64,000 nt of DNA from assembly GCF_963921235.1 (NCBI RefSeq), contig NC_086097.1, positions 147,376,001 through 147,440,000 on the forward strand, read 5' to 3'. Shown here one piece after another: positions 35,187 through 47,300 of this stretch. The notes under the pieces are model-generated. The model searched no databases and was not told the origin of the DNA. It was given only the letters and a program-made list of their open reading frames with translations. The position numbers were made by a program, and so were the translations under genes. The DNA is from Mobula hypostoma (lineage: Eukaryota). Position 1 is the stretch's first letter; each line of letters opens with the position of its first letter.

Positions 35187-36901
35187 CAATTGATTGGCTA
35201 ATTCAATTCTTTCTTTATTAGCTTTATTCTTAACATTTGCAGTATAAGAAATAATTTGTCCTCTAATATAGGCCTTGAAAGTGTCCCATACAATAAGATT
35301 AGAAGTTTCTTCTTTTTTATTCTCTTCAAAAAACAAAATAATATGCTTCTCTAGAAATTTAAACAATTCCTTATCAGATAACAAAGTTGTATTAAAATGC
35401 CAAAATCTATTGGTTTGAAGTAGACCAGGGAGTTTTAAAGATAGAAATATAGGAGCATGATCTGAAACAGCAATCTCTTTATATTCACATGAACGAACTG
35501 ATGCATCTGACGATCGATAAAAAAAAATCAGTCCTGGAATATGTATGATCAACATGGAAAAAAAACGAATACTCCCTATCTAAAGGATATAAAAATACCA
35601 AACATCAACTATACCACACTTCAATAAAAAGGATTGAATAAACAAAGCTGATTTATTCAGAGACACTGGTTTAGAAGATGATCGGCCTAAAATTGGGTCT
35701 AGCCAACAGTCAAAGTCTTCTCCCATCACCAAAGAAAAAAGATTCAGATCTGATAAAAATGAAAAAAAAAAGCTCAAAGAATCCTGGATCATCTATATTT
35801 GGGGCATACACATTGGCAAATACTATTAATTTATTATCTAGTTTTCTGAAAATATAGCAAAACATCCATTAGTATCAGACACTACTTTACGTTGGACAAA
35901 GGCAAGTGTATTATCTATAAAAATCGAAACTCCTCTAGATTTGGCCTGAAAAGAAGAGTGAAAACAAAGTCCATTCCAACGGCTAAAAAAAAATAGATTA
36001 TTACATTTGTGTATGTGAGTTTCTCGTAAAAAGAAAAGAGACCTTAAATTTCTTAATATAAGCAAAAATCTTACTATGTTTAACAGGGTGATTTAACCCT
36101 TTTATGTTAAAACTGAGTATATTAATAGTTTGGTCCATTTTTAATATTATTTAAAGGAAGGGTAAAGTGTAAGTTAACAACCAAGCCATAAGCCCTGAGA
36201 AATGGTAACCAAGCAACAAGTTGGCTAAAAATTCGAAAGCAGTTTCTGGGAAATAAATACCCACCCCACCCACCTCCCAAAGAAAGAAAACCAACCAATA
36301 GAAAGTCGGCATCTAAAGCTATGGGCAACCTCCCAAAAAACCTGGTGAGGACTCCAATTAGTTTCAAGGTTATTCATATTCCAACCTAGACTAAATAATA
36401 CCTAAACAAGAGATTTAATTGTCCTATATCAAAAGTACAGTATAGGTTCCCCCCGCCAACCGAAGGTAGAGCGTTCCTATGAAACGGTTCGTAAGCAAGA
36501 ATATCGTAAAGTGAATAAGCAATTACCATTTATTAATATGGGAAATATTTTTGAGCGTTCCCAGACCCAAAAAAACCCTACAAAATCATGCCAAATGACA
36601 CGTAAAACCTATAAAAACAGTAACATATAGTAAAAGCAGGAATGATATGATAAGTACACAGCCTATATAAAGTAGAAATACTTTTCTGCAGCACTGTCTA
36701 GCGCAGCGAACATCTCGCGGAAGCGCTCTTGGCAGAATCACTCTGTCCAGTAACCTTTAAGCTATGAAGCTGTCAAATCGTACCAAATAACACATAAAAA
36801 TACAAAGCCTATATAAAGTAGACATAATGTATGTACAGGCAACATACATCAAAGTTGCTGGTGAACGCAGCAGGCCAAGCAGCATCTATAGGAAGAGGTG
36901 C

Positions 36902-36937
36902 AGTCGACGTTTCAGGCCGAGACCCTTCGTCAGGACT
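36902..36937 (-). ncRNA. Minimal type I hammerhead ribozyme in the Penelope 3' pLTR
   Basis: Identical to the intact copies in the 12.3-13.3 kb array. Confidence 0.85.
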
Positions 36938-37235
36938 AACTGAAGGAAGAGTGAGTAAGGGATTTGAAAGTTGGAGGGGGAGGGGGAGATCCAAAATGAT
37001 AGGAGAAGACAGGAGGGGGAGGGATAGAGCCGAGAGCTGGACAGGTGATAGGCAAAAGGGGATACGAAAGGATCATGGGACAGGAGGTCCGGGAAGAAAG
37101 ACAAGGAGGGGGGGGGTGACCCAGAGGATGGGCAAGAGGTATATTCAGAGGGACAGAGGGAGAAAAAGGAGAGTGAGAGAAAGAATGTGTGCATAAAAAT
37201 GAGTAACAGATGGGGTACGAGGGGGAGGTGGGGCC

Positions 37236-38594
37236 TTAGCGGAAGTTAGAGAAGTCGATGTTCATGCCATCAGGTTGGAGGCTACCCAGACGGAATATGA
37301 GGTGTTGTTCCTCCACCCTGAGTGTAGCTTCATCTTTACAGTAGAGGAGGCCGTGGACAGACATGTCAGAATGGGAATGGGATGTGGAATTAAAATGTGT
37401 GGCCACTGGGAGATCCTGCTTTCTCTGGCGGACAGAGCGTAGATGTTCAGCAAAGCGGTCTCCCAGTCTGCGTCGGGTCTCACCAATATATAAAAGGCCA
37501 CATCGGGAGCACCGGACACAGTATATCACCCCAGTCGACTCACAGGTGAAGTGATGCCTCACCTGGAAAGACTGTTTGGGGCCCTGAATGGTGGTAAGGG
37601 AGGAAGTGTAAGGGCATGTGTAGCACTTGTTCCGCTTACACGGATAAGTGCCAGGAGGGAGATCAGTGGGGAGGGATGGGGGGGACGAATGGACAAGGGA
37701 GTTGTGTAGGGAGCGATCCCTGCGGAATGCAGGGGGGGGGGAGGGAAAGATGTGCTTAGTGGTGGGATCCCGTTGGAGGTGGCGGAAGTTACGGAGAATA
37801 ATATGTTGGACCCGGAGGCTGGTGGGGTGGTAGGTGAGGACCAGGGGAACCCTATTGCTAGTGGGGTGGTGGGAGGATGGAGTGAGAGCAGATGTACGTG
37901 AAATGGGGGAGATACGTTTAAGAGCAGAGTTGATAGTGGAGGAAGGGAAGCCCCTTTCTTTAAAAAAGGAAGACATCTCCCTCGTCCTAGAATGAAAAGC
38001 CTCATCCTGAGAGCAGATGCGGCGGAGACGGAGGAATTGCGAGAAGGGGATGGCGTTTTTGCAAGAGACAGGGTGAGAAGAGGAATAGTCCAGATAGCTG
38101 TGAGAGTCAGTAGGCTTATAGTAGACATCAGTGGATAAGCTGTCTCCAGAGACAGAGACAGAAAGATCTAGAAAGGGGAGGGAGGTGTCGGAAATGGACC
38201 AGGTAAACTTGAGGGCAGGGTGAAAGTTGGAGGCAAAGTTAATAAAGTCAACGAGTTCTGCATGCGTGCAGGAAGCAGCGCCAATGCAGTCGTCGATGTA
38301 GCGAAGGAAAAGTGGGGGACGGATACCAGAATAGGCACGGAACATAGATTGTTCCACAAACCCAACAAAAAGGCAGGCATAGCTAGGACCTATACGGGTG
38401 CCCATAGCTACACCTTTAGTTTGGAGGAAATGGGAGGAGCCAAAGGAGAAATTATTAAGAGTAAGGACTAATTTCGCTAGACGGAGCAGAGTGGTGGTAG
38501 AGGGGAACTGATTAGGTCTGGAATCCAAAAAGAAGCGTAGAGCTTTGAGGCCTTCCTGATGGGGGATGGAAGTATATAAGGACTGGACATCCAT
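37236..38594 (-). CDS. Penelope-type reverse transcriptase + GIY-YIG endonuclease (N-terminally truncated)
   Basis: MDVQSLYTSIP, GVAMG, RYIDD, FLDL, then GVIYCVRCSRCGLLYIGET. The frame stays open upstream to the truncation at ~38949 (FYLLPKIHKP..GRPIVS). Confidence 0.93.
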   Translation of the reverse strand: MDVQSLYTSIPHQEGLKALRFFLDSRPNQFPSTTTLLRLAKLVLTLNNFSFGSSHFLQTKGVAMGTRIGPSYACLFVGFVEQSMFRAYSGIRPPLFLRYIDDCIGAASCTHAELVDFINFASNFHPALKFTWSISDTSLPFLDLSVSVSGDSLSTDVYYKPTDSHSYLDYSSSHPVSCKNAIPFSQFLRLRRICSQDEAFHSRTREMSSFFKERGFPSSTINSALKRISPISRTSALTPSSHHPTSNRVPLVLTYHPTSLRVQHIILRNFRHLQRDPTTKHIFPSPPPAFRRDRSLHNSLVHSSPPSLPTDLPPGTYPCKRNKCYTCPYTSSLTTIQGPKQSFQVRHHFTCESTGVIYCVRCSRCGLLYIGETRRRLGDRFAEHLRSVRQRKQDLPVATHFNSTSHSHSDMSVHGLLYCKDEATLRVEEQHLIFRLGSLQPDGMNIDFSNFR

Positions 38595-40014
38595 GGTGAA
38601 AATAAAGCGGTGGGGGCCAGGGAACTTAAAATCATCGAAAAGTTTAAGAGCGTGAGAAGTGTCACGAACATAGGTCGGAAGGGATTGAACAAGGGGTGAT
38701 AAAACAGTGTTGAGGTATGCAGAAATGAGTTCGGTGGGGCAGGAGCAAGCTGAGACAATAGGTCGGCCAGGACAGGCAGGTTTGTGGATCTTGGGTAGGA
38801 GGTAGAAACGGAAAGTGCGGGGTGTGGGAACTATAAGGTTGGTAGCAGTGGATGGGAGATCCCCTGAGTGGATAAAGTCGGTGATGGTGTGGGAGACAAT
38901 GGCCTGGTGCTCCTTAGTGGGGTCACGATCGAGGGGTAAATAAGAGGAGGTATGTACAGTGTAGTTTCACTTGCTGGAATCAGGAAGACTCCAATAAATT
39001 GCAGTTTCGTCACAGTGAAATCTTTTAAAGTCACAAAAGACTGCAGGTGCTAGAATATGGAACAGAAAACAATCTGCTGGAGGAACTCAATAGGTTGAAT
39101 AGCATCATCGAGACGATAAATGAATTATCGACCCAGAATACCAGTCTAAAAATGCTCACACAAGCCGAGTTTCATTTCCAACCAGGATGACTATCTGCTG
39201 ATGTGAAAATCCCTGCTTTCATCTGTGTTTAAGGTCAGCTTTCAGTGTCAAGTTCTCTGCTCCATTACAGTTTCTTTTACTGGAATGACTGCCATATGGT
39301 TCTCTTCATGGAGTCAATAGTTCTCTTCAAGTACCGACAAAATTCTTTCCATTCTTTGATTATTTTTCCAATTTCAGCTTGCGTTGACATATGGTATTAC
39401 ATTCGTATGATTGTATATTGTTAGTAGTTATTTTACCTCTAAGAAATAAAAATATATATACCATCTGGCCCTTCAGGCCTGTTTCACAGTTCAATACAAT
39501 CGTGGCTCAACATTCAAATTTATCTGCCTTCACCCCTTATCCCTTGATACCTCAACCCTAAGAACTATATTTAACTCCTTGAGTATGTGTAATGATTTAG
39601 CTACAACTACTTCTTATGGTGGAGAATGCAACAGATTCACTGATACCTAAGTGAAAAATTTTCTTAATCACATTGATATATGGCTTCCTGTTATTCTTTG
39701 ATGTGACTTTGAGTTCTGGATTTTCAGACCATTGGAATCATCCATTCTATATCTAATTTGCCCCATCCTGATAGAACTTTGTGAGTTTCTATGATGTCCC
39801 CACTAAACCTCCTAAACTGTAGTAATTACAGTATAACCCAAATTCACTAAATCTCTCTTCATAAATCAGCCTTGCAATTCTTTCAAGTTCTCTTACATAT
39901 TTAAATATGATATTATATGTTGCACCATTGTGTAGTTGGAACTTCACAAAACCTCTTTCTACTTTTGGAGACTGGAATTGAATATGTGATCTTTACTGTT
40001 CACCTGCTCACTTT

Positions 40015-40016
<2 letters not shown>

Positions 40017-40058
<42 letters not shown>

Positions 40059-40157
40059 CCCCTCTCTTTGCACTCTCCCCTCTCCCCACTCTCTCTCTCC
40101 TCCTTCTCCCCTCCCCCCCCCATCTCTATTTCTCTTTCTTATTCCCCCTTCCTCCCC
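40017..40157. repeat. (CT)n microsatellite and pyrimidine-rich tract
   Basis: About 17 pure TC units followed by C/T-rich low-complexity sequence. Confidence 0.95.
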
Positions 40158-40159
40158 GC

Positions 40160-40760
40160 TAAAGCTGTGGTCAGCTTGAGTGACATTGTGAGTTGGCCTT
40201 GTTCCCTTACTTGCTCTGTCTTGCTTGCTAATGGTCTTGATCCTGCTGCACAGCAAGTAAGAGATTTATCATTTCGCATTCATTGCACATCTTTTCTCTA
40301 CAAGTTAGGCATTTGTCCTTCTCCCACTCATTCTGTTCGATGCATTTTTAGCACAGTTTACACTGCTGTTATTCAGTTCTCCCTTGTTTCTGTTTCTGTT
40401 TCTGCAACTGCAAAATTGCTCAATGGCACTGACTTGGAACAGCTCAGTGGCCCCATAGGATTTAACATTGACATTGTCAAGTTCAATGTCAGTTTCTCTT
40501 AACAGGTGCACTCTCAACCCTGCCTTTCAAATTCCACACGCAATCCCTTCCTGTACCAACAAGTCCCTCAGATTTTCAAAATTACAATTTGCAGCCAGCA
40601 ACTTCATCTCAGCCAAGTATGTGTCAAACATTTCCCCATTCACCTGATATTTCCTGATCATCATACGGCCATCTGCCCATCATCTCACTACATAAATGAT
40701 AGCAAAATTTCTCAGATGATTTGATTACTCAATAATGTTCTCTGCTTTAGCTTCAAACCA
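40160..40760 (-). pseudogene. Highly degraded Gypsy (Mag-like) gag remnant
   Basis: Minus-strand translation GEMFDTYLAEMKLLAANCNFENLRDLLVQEGIACGI*...HLLRETDIEL, plus a Cys-rich knuckle remnant near 40280-40320. Confidence 0.6.
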
Positions 40761-42199
40761 AATATAATGATTTTGTATCTTTTTAATTTCCGTTGTCAGC
40801 TAAATATAAAGTGAGAATTCTTCATTCCACTGTTTTCATTTATTTGAAATTTACTTGCCTCAAAATGCAGCTTTTGAGTCAACTTCATTTACCCTGTCCT
40901 CCAACTTTCTAATGAAGACTAGGCCTGATACTTTTGGTCATTTGGTTGTACATCTGATGTGTGCTTTCTTCATAGGTTAAATCAAGTGTACAGTCACATT
41001 ACCATTGGCATTCTATAAAAAGCAGATTAATAGGCACATTTTTTTTCAAATCTCGTCATTCTCCTTTTTCTCTTAGCACAGAATGTGTAGTTCTTCTCAA
41101 ACCAAGACGGTCTTCCAAGCAAAACTGCATTTATGATACATATAATGTTCACAAACTGTTTTGTGAAAGCAAGTTGTGTTATGTTATTCCTGCAACTTGT
41201 TCTTCCTTATGATAAAATACACTTTTGTCACATTCTGCAGGTTCTTGTTGAGTTATATTACGAGATGTCTCCGAACGACTTACAGTCTGCAATCCTGTCA
41301 CTCTGCATCATGGCAGCACAGTCTATCCTCCACAGACTTCATAGGCATACTTGTTATATTACCACAGTAAATGATAAATGGTGTTAAATTTTTTTTACAA
41401 GAGCTAAGGCAAACTTAGCACAGTAAATTCCATACATTTTCGCAAATGTCAGGCACAGGCACAAATTAGAAAAATTTCCAAACATTGATCAAGCATGACC
41501 ATATTGAATTCACAAAATTATATTTATCAGCAACATTACAGGCACATTCTTTCCTGTGCTGTACCTTTTCCAACATTAGAATATATCTACTAAAGATAGA
41601 GAGGTAGTAATACACTGTCACAAAAACAGAAGATTCAGCAGGTAGAATTGTATCTGTAGAGTAAAAATTGGAGTTATCATTTCAGATCAATAATCTTTCA
41701 GAACCTCAAGCTGATATTTGTGCTGTAATGTGATCCTTAAAAAAGCTCTGAGCTTACAATCCAGAGGTTTCCTTTTATTGTGGCCCTGAGATGGGTTTCA
41801 AAAGAACCCTGGTTGCCCATAATGAATTCTATATTTGATCTGAGAACTCATGACTTTGGTTATTTGGGACTGAGGTGGGTAAAGTTAATCTGCTGTACTT
41901 TTCTATGAGGCGTAGGCATGAATGACTGAAGGCACAAGAGCTGAAACCAAACTGGAAATCATATTGCATTTGCAGAAATCTAAAGATCCCCAGCCTTTTT
42001 TTTTACCAAGTATTCTTCATTTATACCTAGACAGCCGTTCCTGACAAATAGGCGTCTCTTACCTCAAGTGCATTTTGAATCCATGAAACTCAGGGCCTCT
42101 TTGCCAGCCTCTCATTTTGACAGATGAGGCCAGTCACAAATAGACTGGTACATTTTAGGAGAGATACAGTAGTTCAAAAGAGATATAGTTTCTTCTATA

Positions 42200-42620
42200 A
42201 CTAGAATCATAGAGTCATAGAATAATCCAGCATTGATACAGGCCCTTTGGCACAACAAGTCTCTACCAACCACAGTAGTCACTTAGCTAGTCCCAATTTC
42301 CTGTCTTTGACCCATATCCCTCTAAAGCCTGCCCAACCCTGTACCTATCCAAGTGTGTCTTAACTGATGCTATTGTACTTATCTCAGCCACTTCCTCTGG
42401 CAGGTAATTTCATACAACCACCATCCTCTGCACAAAAAGGTTGCCCCTCAGATGCCTTTTAAATCTTTCCCCTCTCACCCTAAATCTATGTCCTCCTAGT
42501 TTTGAATTTTACAACCATGAGTAAAAGATGGTAACCATCCACTTTGTCTATGCCTCTCATACTATTAAACATTTCTATAAGGTCACCCACCATTCTCCTA
42601 TGTTCCAAGGAATAAAGCCC
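42200..42620 (-). mobile_element. CR1 3' fragment
   Basis: AGAATCATAGAGTCATAG tail and typical CR1 3' sequence. Confidence 0.7.
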
Positions 42621-42916
42621 TTACTTCGGGAAACAGCACAGAAATTCACTCCTACTTTACACACATTCGACACTATCTCACATATGGGAGTTGTTTAACA
42701 GTTTTCTCAAAAATTGACATATTTAATAGTTCCTTTATCCTCAAAATACATCCGATAACTTTTTGCACCCAAAGGATAAATTGGTCATGGTTCCTAAACC
42801 TGTGAGCTTTAGTTAAATGTCAAATGGCAGAGACCTCAACTGGGCTGAACAAGAACCATTTTCGGTGTAAAATGAGAGAATCCTGGGTATGCATGCATGT
42901 GCTAATGGTGAAAGTA

Positions 42917-43687
42917 CAAGGGGTGGTTCGTAAGTTTGTGGCCTGAGGTAGAAGGAGTCAATTTTAGAAAACCTAGCACATTTATTTTTCAACATAGCCC
43001 CCTCCTACATTTACACACTTAGTCCAGCAGTCGTGGAGCATACGGATCTTGGACCTCCAGAAAGTGCCTTCAGCAGGGATGATTGATAAGTTTGTGGCCT
43101 AAGGTAGAAGGAGATGAGTTATACAGCTCTCGTTACAGGCATGTGCAGTTCAACTCTTTGAGTGATTATGCAGAAAGTTTGAAGTTAATAACTCATCAGT
43201 TAATAACCCATCAGGGGTAATTGATAAGTTTGTGGCCCAAGGTAGAAGGAGATGGGTTATTAACTTCAAACTTTCTGCATAATCACTCAAAGAGTTGAAC
43301 TGCATGTGTATGTAATGAGAACTGTATAACTCATCTCCTTCTACCTTAGGCCATGAACCTATTAATCATCCCTGCTGTGGACACTTTCTGGAGGTCCAAG
43401 ATCCGTATGCTCCACGACTGCTGGACTAAGTGTGTAAATGTAGGAGGGGACTATGTTGAAAAATAAATGTGCTAGGTTTTCTAAAATTCACTTCTTTTAC
43501 CTTAGGCCATGAACTTATCAATCACCCCTGCTGTGGACCACTTCTACAAAGAAGGGATCCGTATGCTCCACAACCGCTGGACTAAATGTGTACATGTAGG
43601 AGGGGACTATGTTGAAAACTAACTGTGCTAGGTTTTCTAAAACTGACTCCTTCTACCTCAGGCCATGAACTTATCAATCACCCCTTG
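42917..43687. mobile_element. Tc1/mariner-derived palindromic MITE
   Basis: TA flanks. TIRs CAAGGGGTG...AAGTTTGTGGCCTGAGGTAGAAGGAG and its reverse complement. TIR-like unit reiterated internally. Confidence 0.88.
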
Positions 43688-44109
43688 TATTTGCATTTAC
43701 ACATCTAGTTGCTGCCAGGATCCTGCTGAATGGAAAGATAACGATTAATCAGTTATCGATGTTCATTTTGAATTCCAGACACAAGCTGGTGTCCTGCCCA
43801 GACTTCAGACCCCTCTATGCAACTTTAAATTGAATGAAGGCATCCTCAGAGGTACATGTTAAAACAGCAGTAACTACCCTAACTTCTACTTCTTGCTATA
43901 ATTGTAAGTAAATGTGGTTTCAGTGCATTCACATATTTGGTGTGGGCCAAGTGTGCTAAAATAGATCTGCTTCAAAACTTTGGAGGTCTGATTGGGCTTC
44001 CTTTAACTAAGTTGGACATAAGTCAGAGAAATGAGAACACAAACTGTGAGAGAATGAATTGGTGGGGATTAAACACCTCATTTGAACTCCCTGCTTTTGG
44101 CTGGTATGA

Positions 44110-44285
44110 TACCTCACTGGTTTAGCGATCTGGGTTTCATCCTGATTTCTGATGCAGTCTATACAGAGTTTATGCATTCTCCCTGTGATCGTGTGGGTTT
44201 CCCACAGGTACTCTGGTGTCTTCCCATAGTTCAGTGAATCACTGCATGAGAGGTTACTTGACCACTATAAATTATCCCACTGCCC
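44110..44285 (+). mobile_element. Degraded V-domain SINE
   Basis: GAGTTTATGCATTCTCCCTGTGATCGTGTGGGTTTCCCACAGGTACTCTGG resembles the conserved V-SINE core. Confidence 0.6.
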
Positions 44286-44399
44286 GAGTGGAAAAGAGAG
44301 CAGCAGGTTGCAACAGCAAAATATAGAGCATTGACCAATGAGCAATCTGCATTTGGGATTGATTAGCAAGAGGAAATTAAAGGAAGGCAAGGTAAGTGC

Positions 44400-47300
44400 A
44401 GGAGACATTGTCACAGCCGCCATCATCTGAGTGGCAGAGTCAAAATAGTGATCTTGAAGTTTTAGCTCTTTGAAGCTTCAGCGAAGAAAAGCTTCAGTCA
44501 GAGAAAACAAAGGAAAGAAAAGCTTGAGGTTACGTTTTTTTTTCCTTCCCTTCTTTATATTTGCTCAGCTAGGACAGTAGAGATGCCAGGGAGGATAATA
44601 GAATGCAGCTCCTACGAGATGTGGGAAGGCAGGGAGACCTCCTGTGTCTCTGTTGACTACAACTGCCAGAAGTGTATCCAGCTGCAGGTTCTAACAAACC
44701 ACCTTCAGGAGTTGGAGCTGGAACTGGATGAACTCTGGATCATTCAGGAGGCTGAAGGGGTGATAGATAGGACATATAGAGGGGTAGTTACACCCAAGGT
44801 GCAGGATACAGGAAACTGGGTGACAGTCAGGAAAGGGGAAAGGGGTTAAAGAGCCAATGCAGAGTATCCCTGTGGTCATTCCCTTCAACAATAGATATAT
44901 CACTATTGGAATGGGGTGGGAGAATGACCTAACAGAGGGGAAAGGGGAGAAGAGGTGTACTGTGCTGATAGGGGATACATTAGTGAGGGAAATGGACAGA
45001 AGGTTCTGTGGGCAAGAATGAGATTCTTGTATGGTATGTTGCCTCCCGGGTGCCAGGGTCAGGGATGTCTCAGACTGAGGCCTCAGCATTCAGAAGTGGG
45101 AGGGTGAACAGCCAGAAGTCATGGTCCACGTAGGTACAAATGACATGGGTAGGATGTGATGAGAATCTGCAAAATGAGTTCAGGGAATTATGAATTGAAT
45201 TGAATTGACTTTATTTCTTACATCCTTCACTTACGTGAGGAGTAAAAATCTTTATGTTACGTCTCCATCTGAATGTGAAATTTATAACAATTTATAATAA
45301 ATTGAACAGTCAATGTAACATAGAAATACACTCAAATCGGTGTGAGTTAATCAGTCTGATAGCCTGGTGGAAGAAGCTGTCCCAGAGGCAGTTGGTCCTG
45401 GCTTTTATGCTGCAGAACCGTTTCCCGGATGGTAGCAGCTGGAATAGATTGTGGTTGGGGTGACTTAGGTCCACAATGATCCTTTGGGTCCTTTTTCTCA
45501 CACCTGTCTTTGTAAATGTCCTAAATTATGGGAAGTTTATAACAGATGCACTTGGCTGTCCGCACCACTCTCTGCAGAGTCCTGTGATTAAGGGAGATAC
45601 AGTTCCCATACCAGACAGTGATGCAGCCAGTCAGGATGCTCTCAATTGTGCCCGTGTAGAAAGTTGTTTGGATTTGGGGGCCCATACCAAACTTCCTCAA
45701 CCATCTGAGGTGAAAGAGGCGCTGTTGTGCCTTTTTCACCACACAGCTGGTATGTACAGACCACGTGAGGTCCTCAGTGATGTGGATGCCGAGGAGCTTA
45801 AAGCTGTTTTTCCTCTCAACCCCAGATCTATTGATGTCAGTAGGGGTTAGCCTGTCTCCATTCCTCCTGTAATCCACAACCAGCTCCTTTGTTTTCGCAA
45901 CATTGAGGGAGAGGTTGTTTTCCTGACACCATTGTGTCAGAGAGATGACTTCTTCCCCGTAGACCACCTTGTTATTGTTTGAGATTAGGCCAATCAATGC
46001 AGTGTCATCCACAAATTTAATTATCAGATTAGAGCTGTGGGTTGTGAGACAGTCATGGGTATACAGGGAGTAAAGGAGGGGACTTAGTACACAGCCCTGA
46101 GGGGCTCCTGTATTGAGAGTCAGAGGGGCAGAGGTGAGGGAGCCCACTCTTACCACCTGCTGGTGATCTGACAGGAAGTCCAGGATACAACTGCGCAAGG
46201 CAGGGTCAAGGCTGAGGTCTCTGCGTTTCCTGTCGAGCTTAAATGGATGCTGAATGCTGAACTGTAGTCCAAGAACAGCATTCTCACATAAGCATCCTTC
46301 TTCTGCAGATGTGTAAGGACAGTATGTAGGGCAGTGGCCATTTCATTGTCTGTCGATCAGTTGTGTCGGTAGGCGAATTGTAGGGGGTTCAGTTTGGATG
46401 GCAGCATGCTGCAGATGTAGTTAGGTGCTAAATTAAAGGGCAAGATCTCCAAGGTTGTGATCTCAGGATTGGTTGCTATGCCACATGCTAGCGAGGCCAG
46501 AATTAGAAAGATTATACAGTTTAATATATGAGCTAAGGAGTTGGTGTAGAAGGGAGGGCATAAGATTTCTGGATCATTGGGCTCTCTTCCAGGGAAGGTG
46601 GGACCTGTACAGAAGGGATGGTTTGCACCTGAACCTATGGAGAACTAATATCCCAGTGGGAGCGTTAGTTAATGCTGCACAGTGGAGTTTAAACTAGAGT
46701 TGCAAGGGGATGGGAACCAGAGTGCCAGGACAGTTAGTGAAGAGGTTGTGGAGGCAGATGTTGATAAGACCTCAGACAAAGTTAGGAATCAAAAGGTTAA
46801 GCATGATGCGACTAGTGTCCTGAGCTGCGTATATTTCAATGCAAGAAGTATCAAAGGAAAAGTGGTTGATAGTGCTGAAGATGAGGGAGCTGGTTTACAA
46901 ACAGAGGCAATGTGTAGTGAGGAGAGGCTGTTGATAGGGCAAAGTTGCAGTCAGTAGGATGTGTTACACCATAAAAGGTGGGCAAAATCAAAAATAGTGA
47001 ATATAGGACTAAAGGTGTTATATTTGAATGTGCACAATAAGGTAGATGAACGTGTAGCACCCTATGTCACCTTTTTTTTATGACTTGGTAAAAAAATTAA
47101 ATTAAGTCATAAAAAAAAGGTGACATAGGGTCAGATGGTGTTGAATCATGGTGGATAGAGCTGAGGAACTGCAAGCCTAAAAAGACCCTGATGGGAGTTG
47201 CATACAGACACCCAAAACAGTAGTAAGGTTGTGGTCTGCAAATTACAATGGGAGATAGAAAATGTGATACAAATGGCAATATTACAATAGTCATGGCATA

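Larger units (their letters stand above)
30990..36430 (-). mobile_element. L1 LINE, whole ORF2 as a pseudogene, two nested insertions
   Basis: ORF2 start at 36138 (MDQTINILSFNIKGLNHPVK). Endonuclease SDHAP (35112-35555), KAPGPDG (34116-34418), RT QGCPLSPLLF (33669-34064), MNILPKF (32147-32620), CCHC end (31385-31741). Confidence 0.93.
36839..38949 (-). mobile_element. Young 5'-truncated Penelope-like retroelement
   Basis: 10-bp TSD GTATGTACAG (36829-36838, 38950-38959), RT plus GIY-YIG ORF, 3' UTR with hammerhead. Confidence 0.96.
36440..38995. mobile_element. Tigger/pogo-like MITE remnant split by the Penelope insertion
   Basis: End GGTTCCCCCG...CGAAGGTAGAGCGTTCCTATGAAAC resembles recalled Tigger-type TIRs. 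Internal repeat AGCCTATATAAAGTAGA at ~36660 and ~36806. Sequence resumes after 38959. Confidence 0.5.

Noticed and set aside
39030..39130. Additional hammerheads in old Penelope-like tails (also ~41620-41705 and ~56145-56160)
   Set aside because: Too degraded; the CUGANGA and GAAA boxes cannot both be identified.
41230..41390. Possible host exon (minus-strand GTAAGT donor near 41278-41283; plus-strand CTGCAG acceptor near 41240)
   Set aside because: No matching partner splice site and no recognisable peptide in any frame; cannot be supported without RNA-seq.
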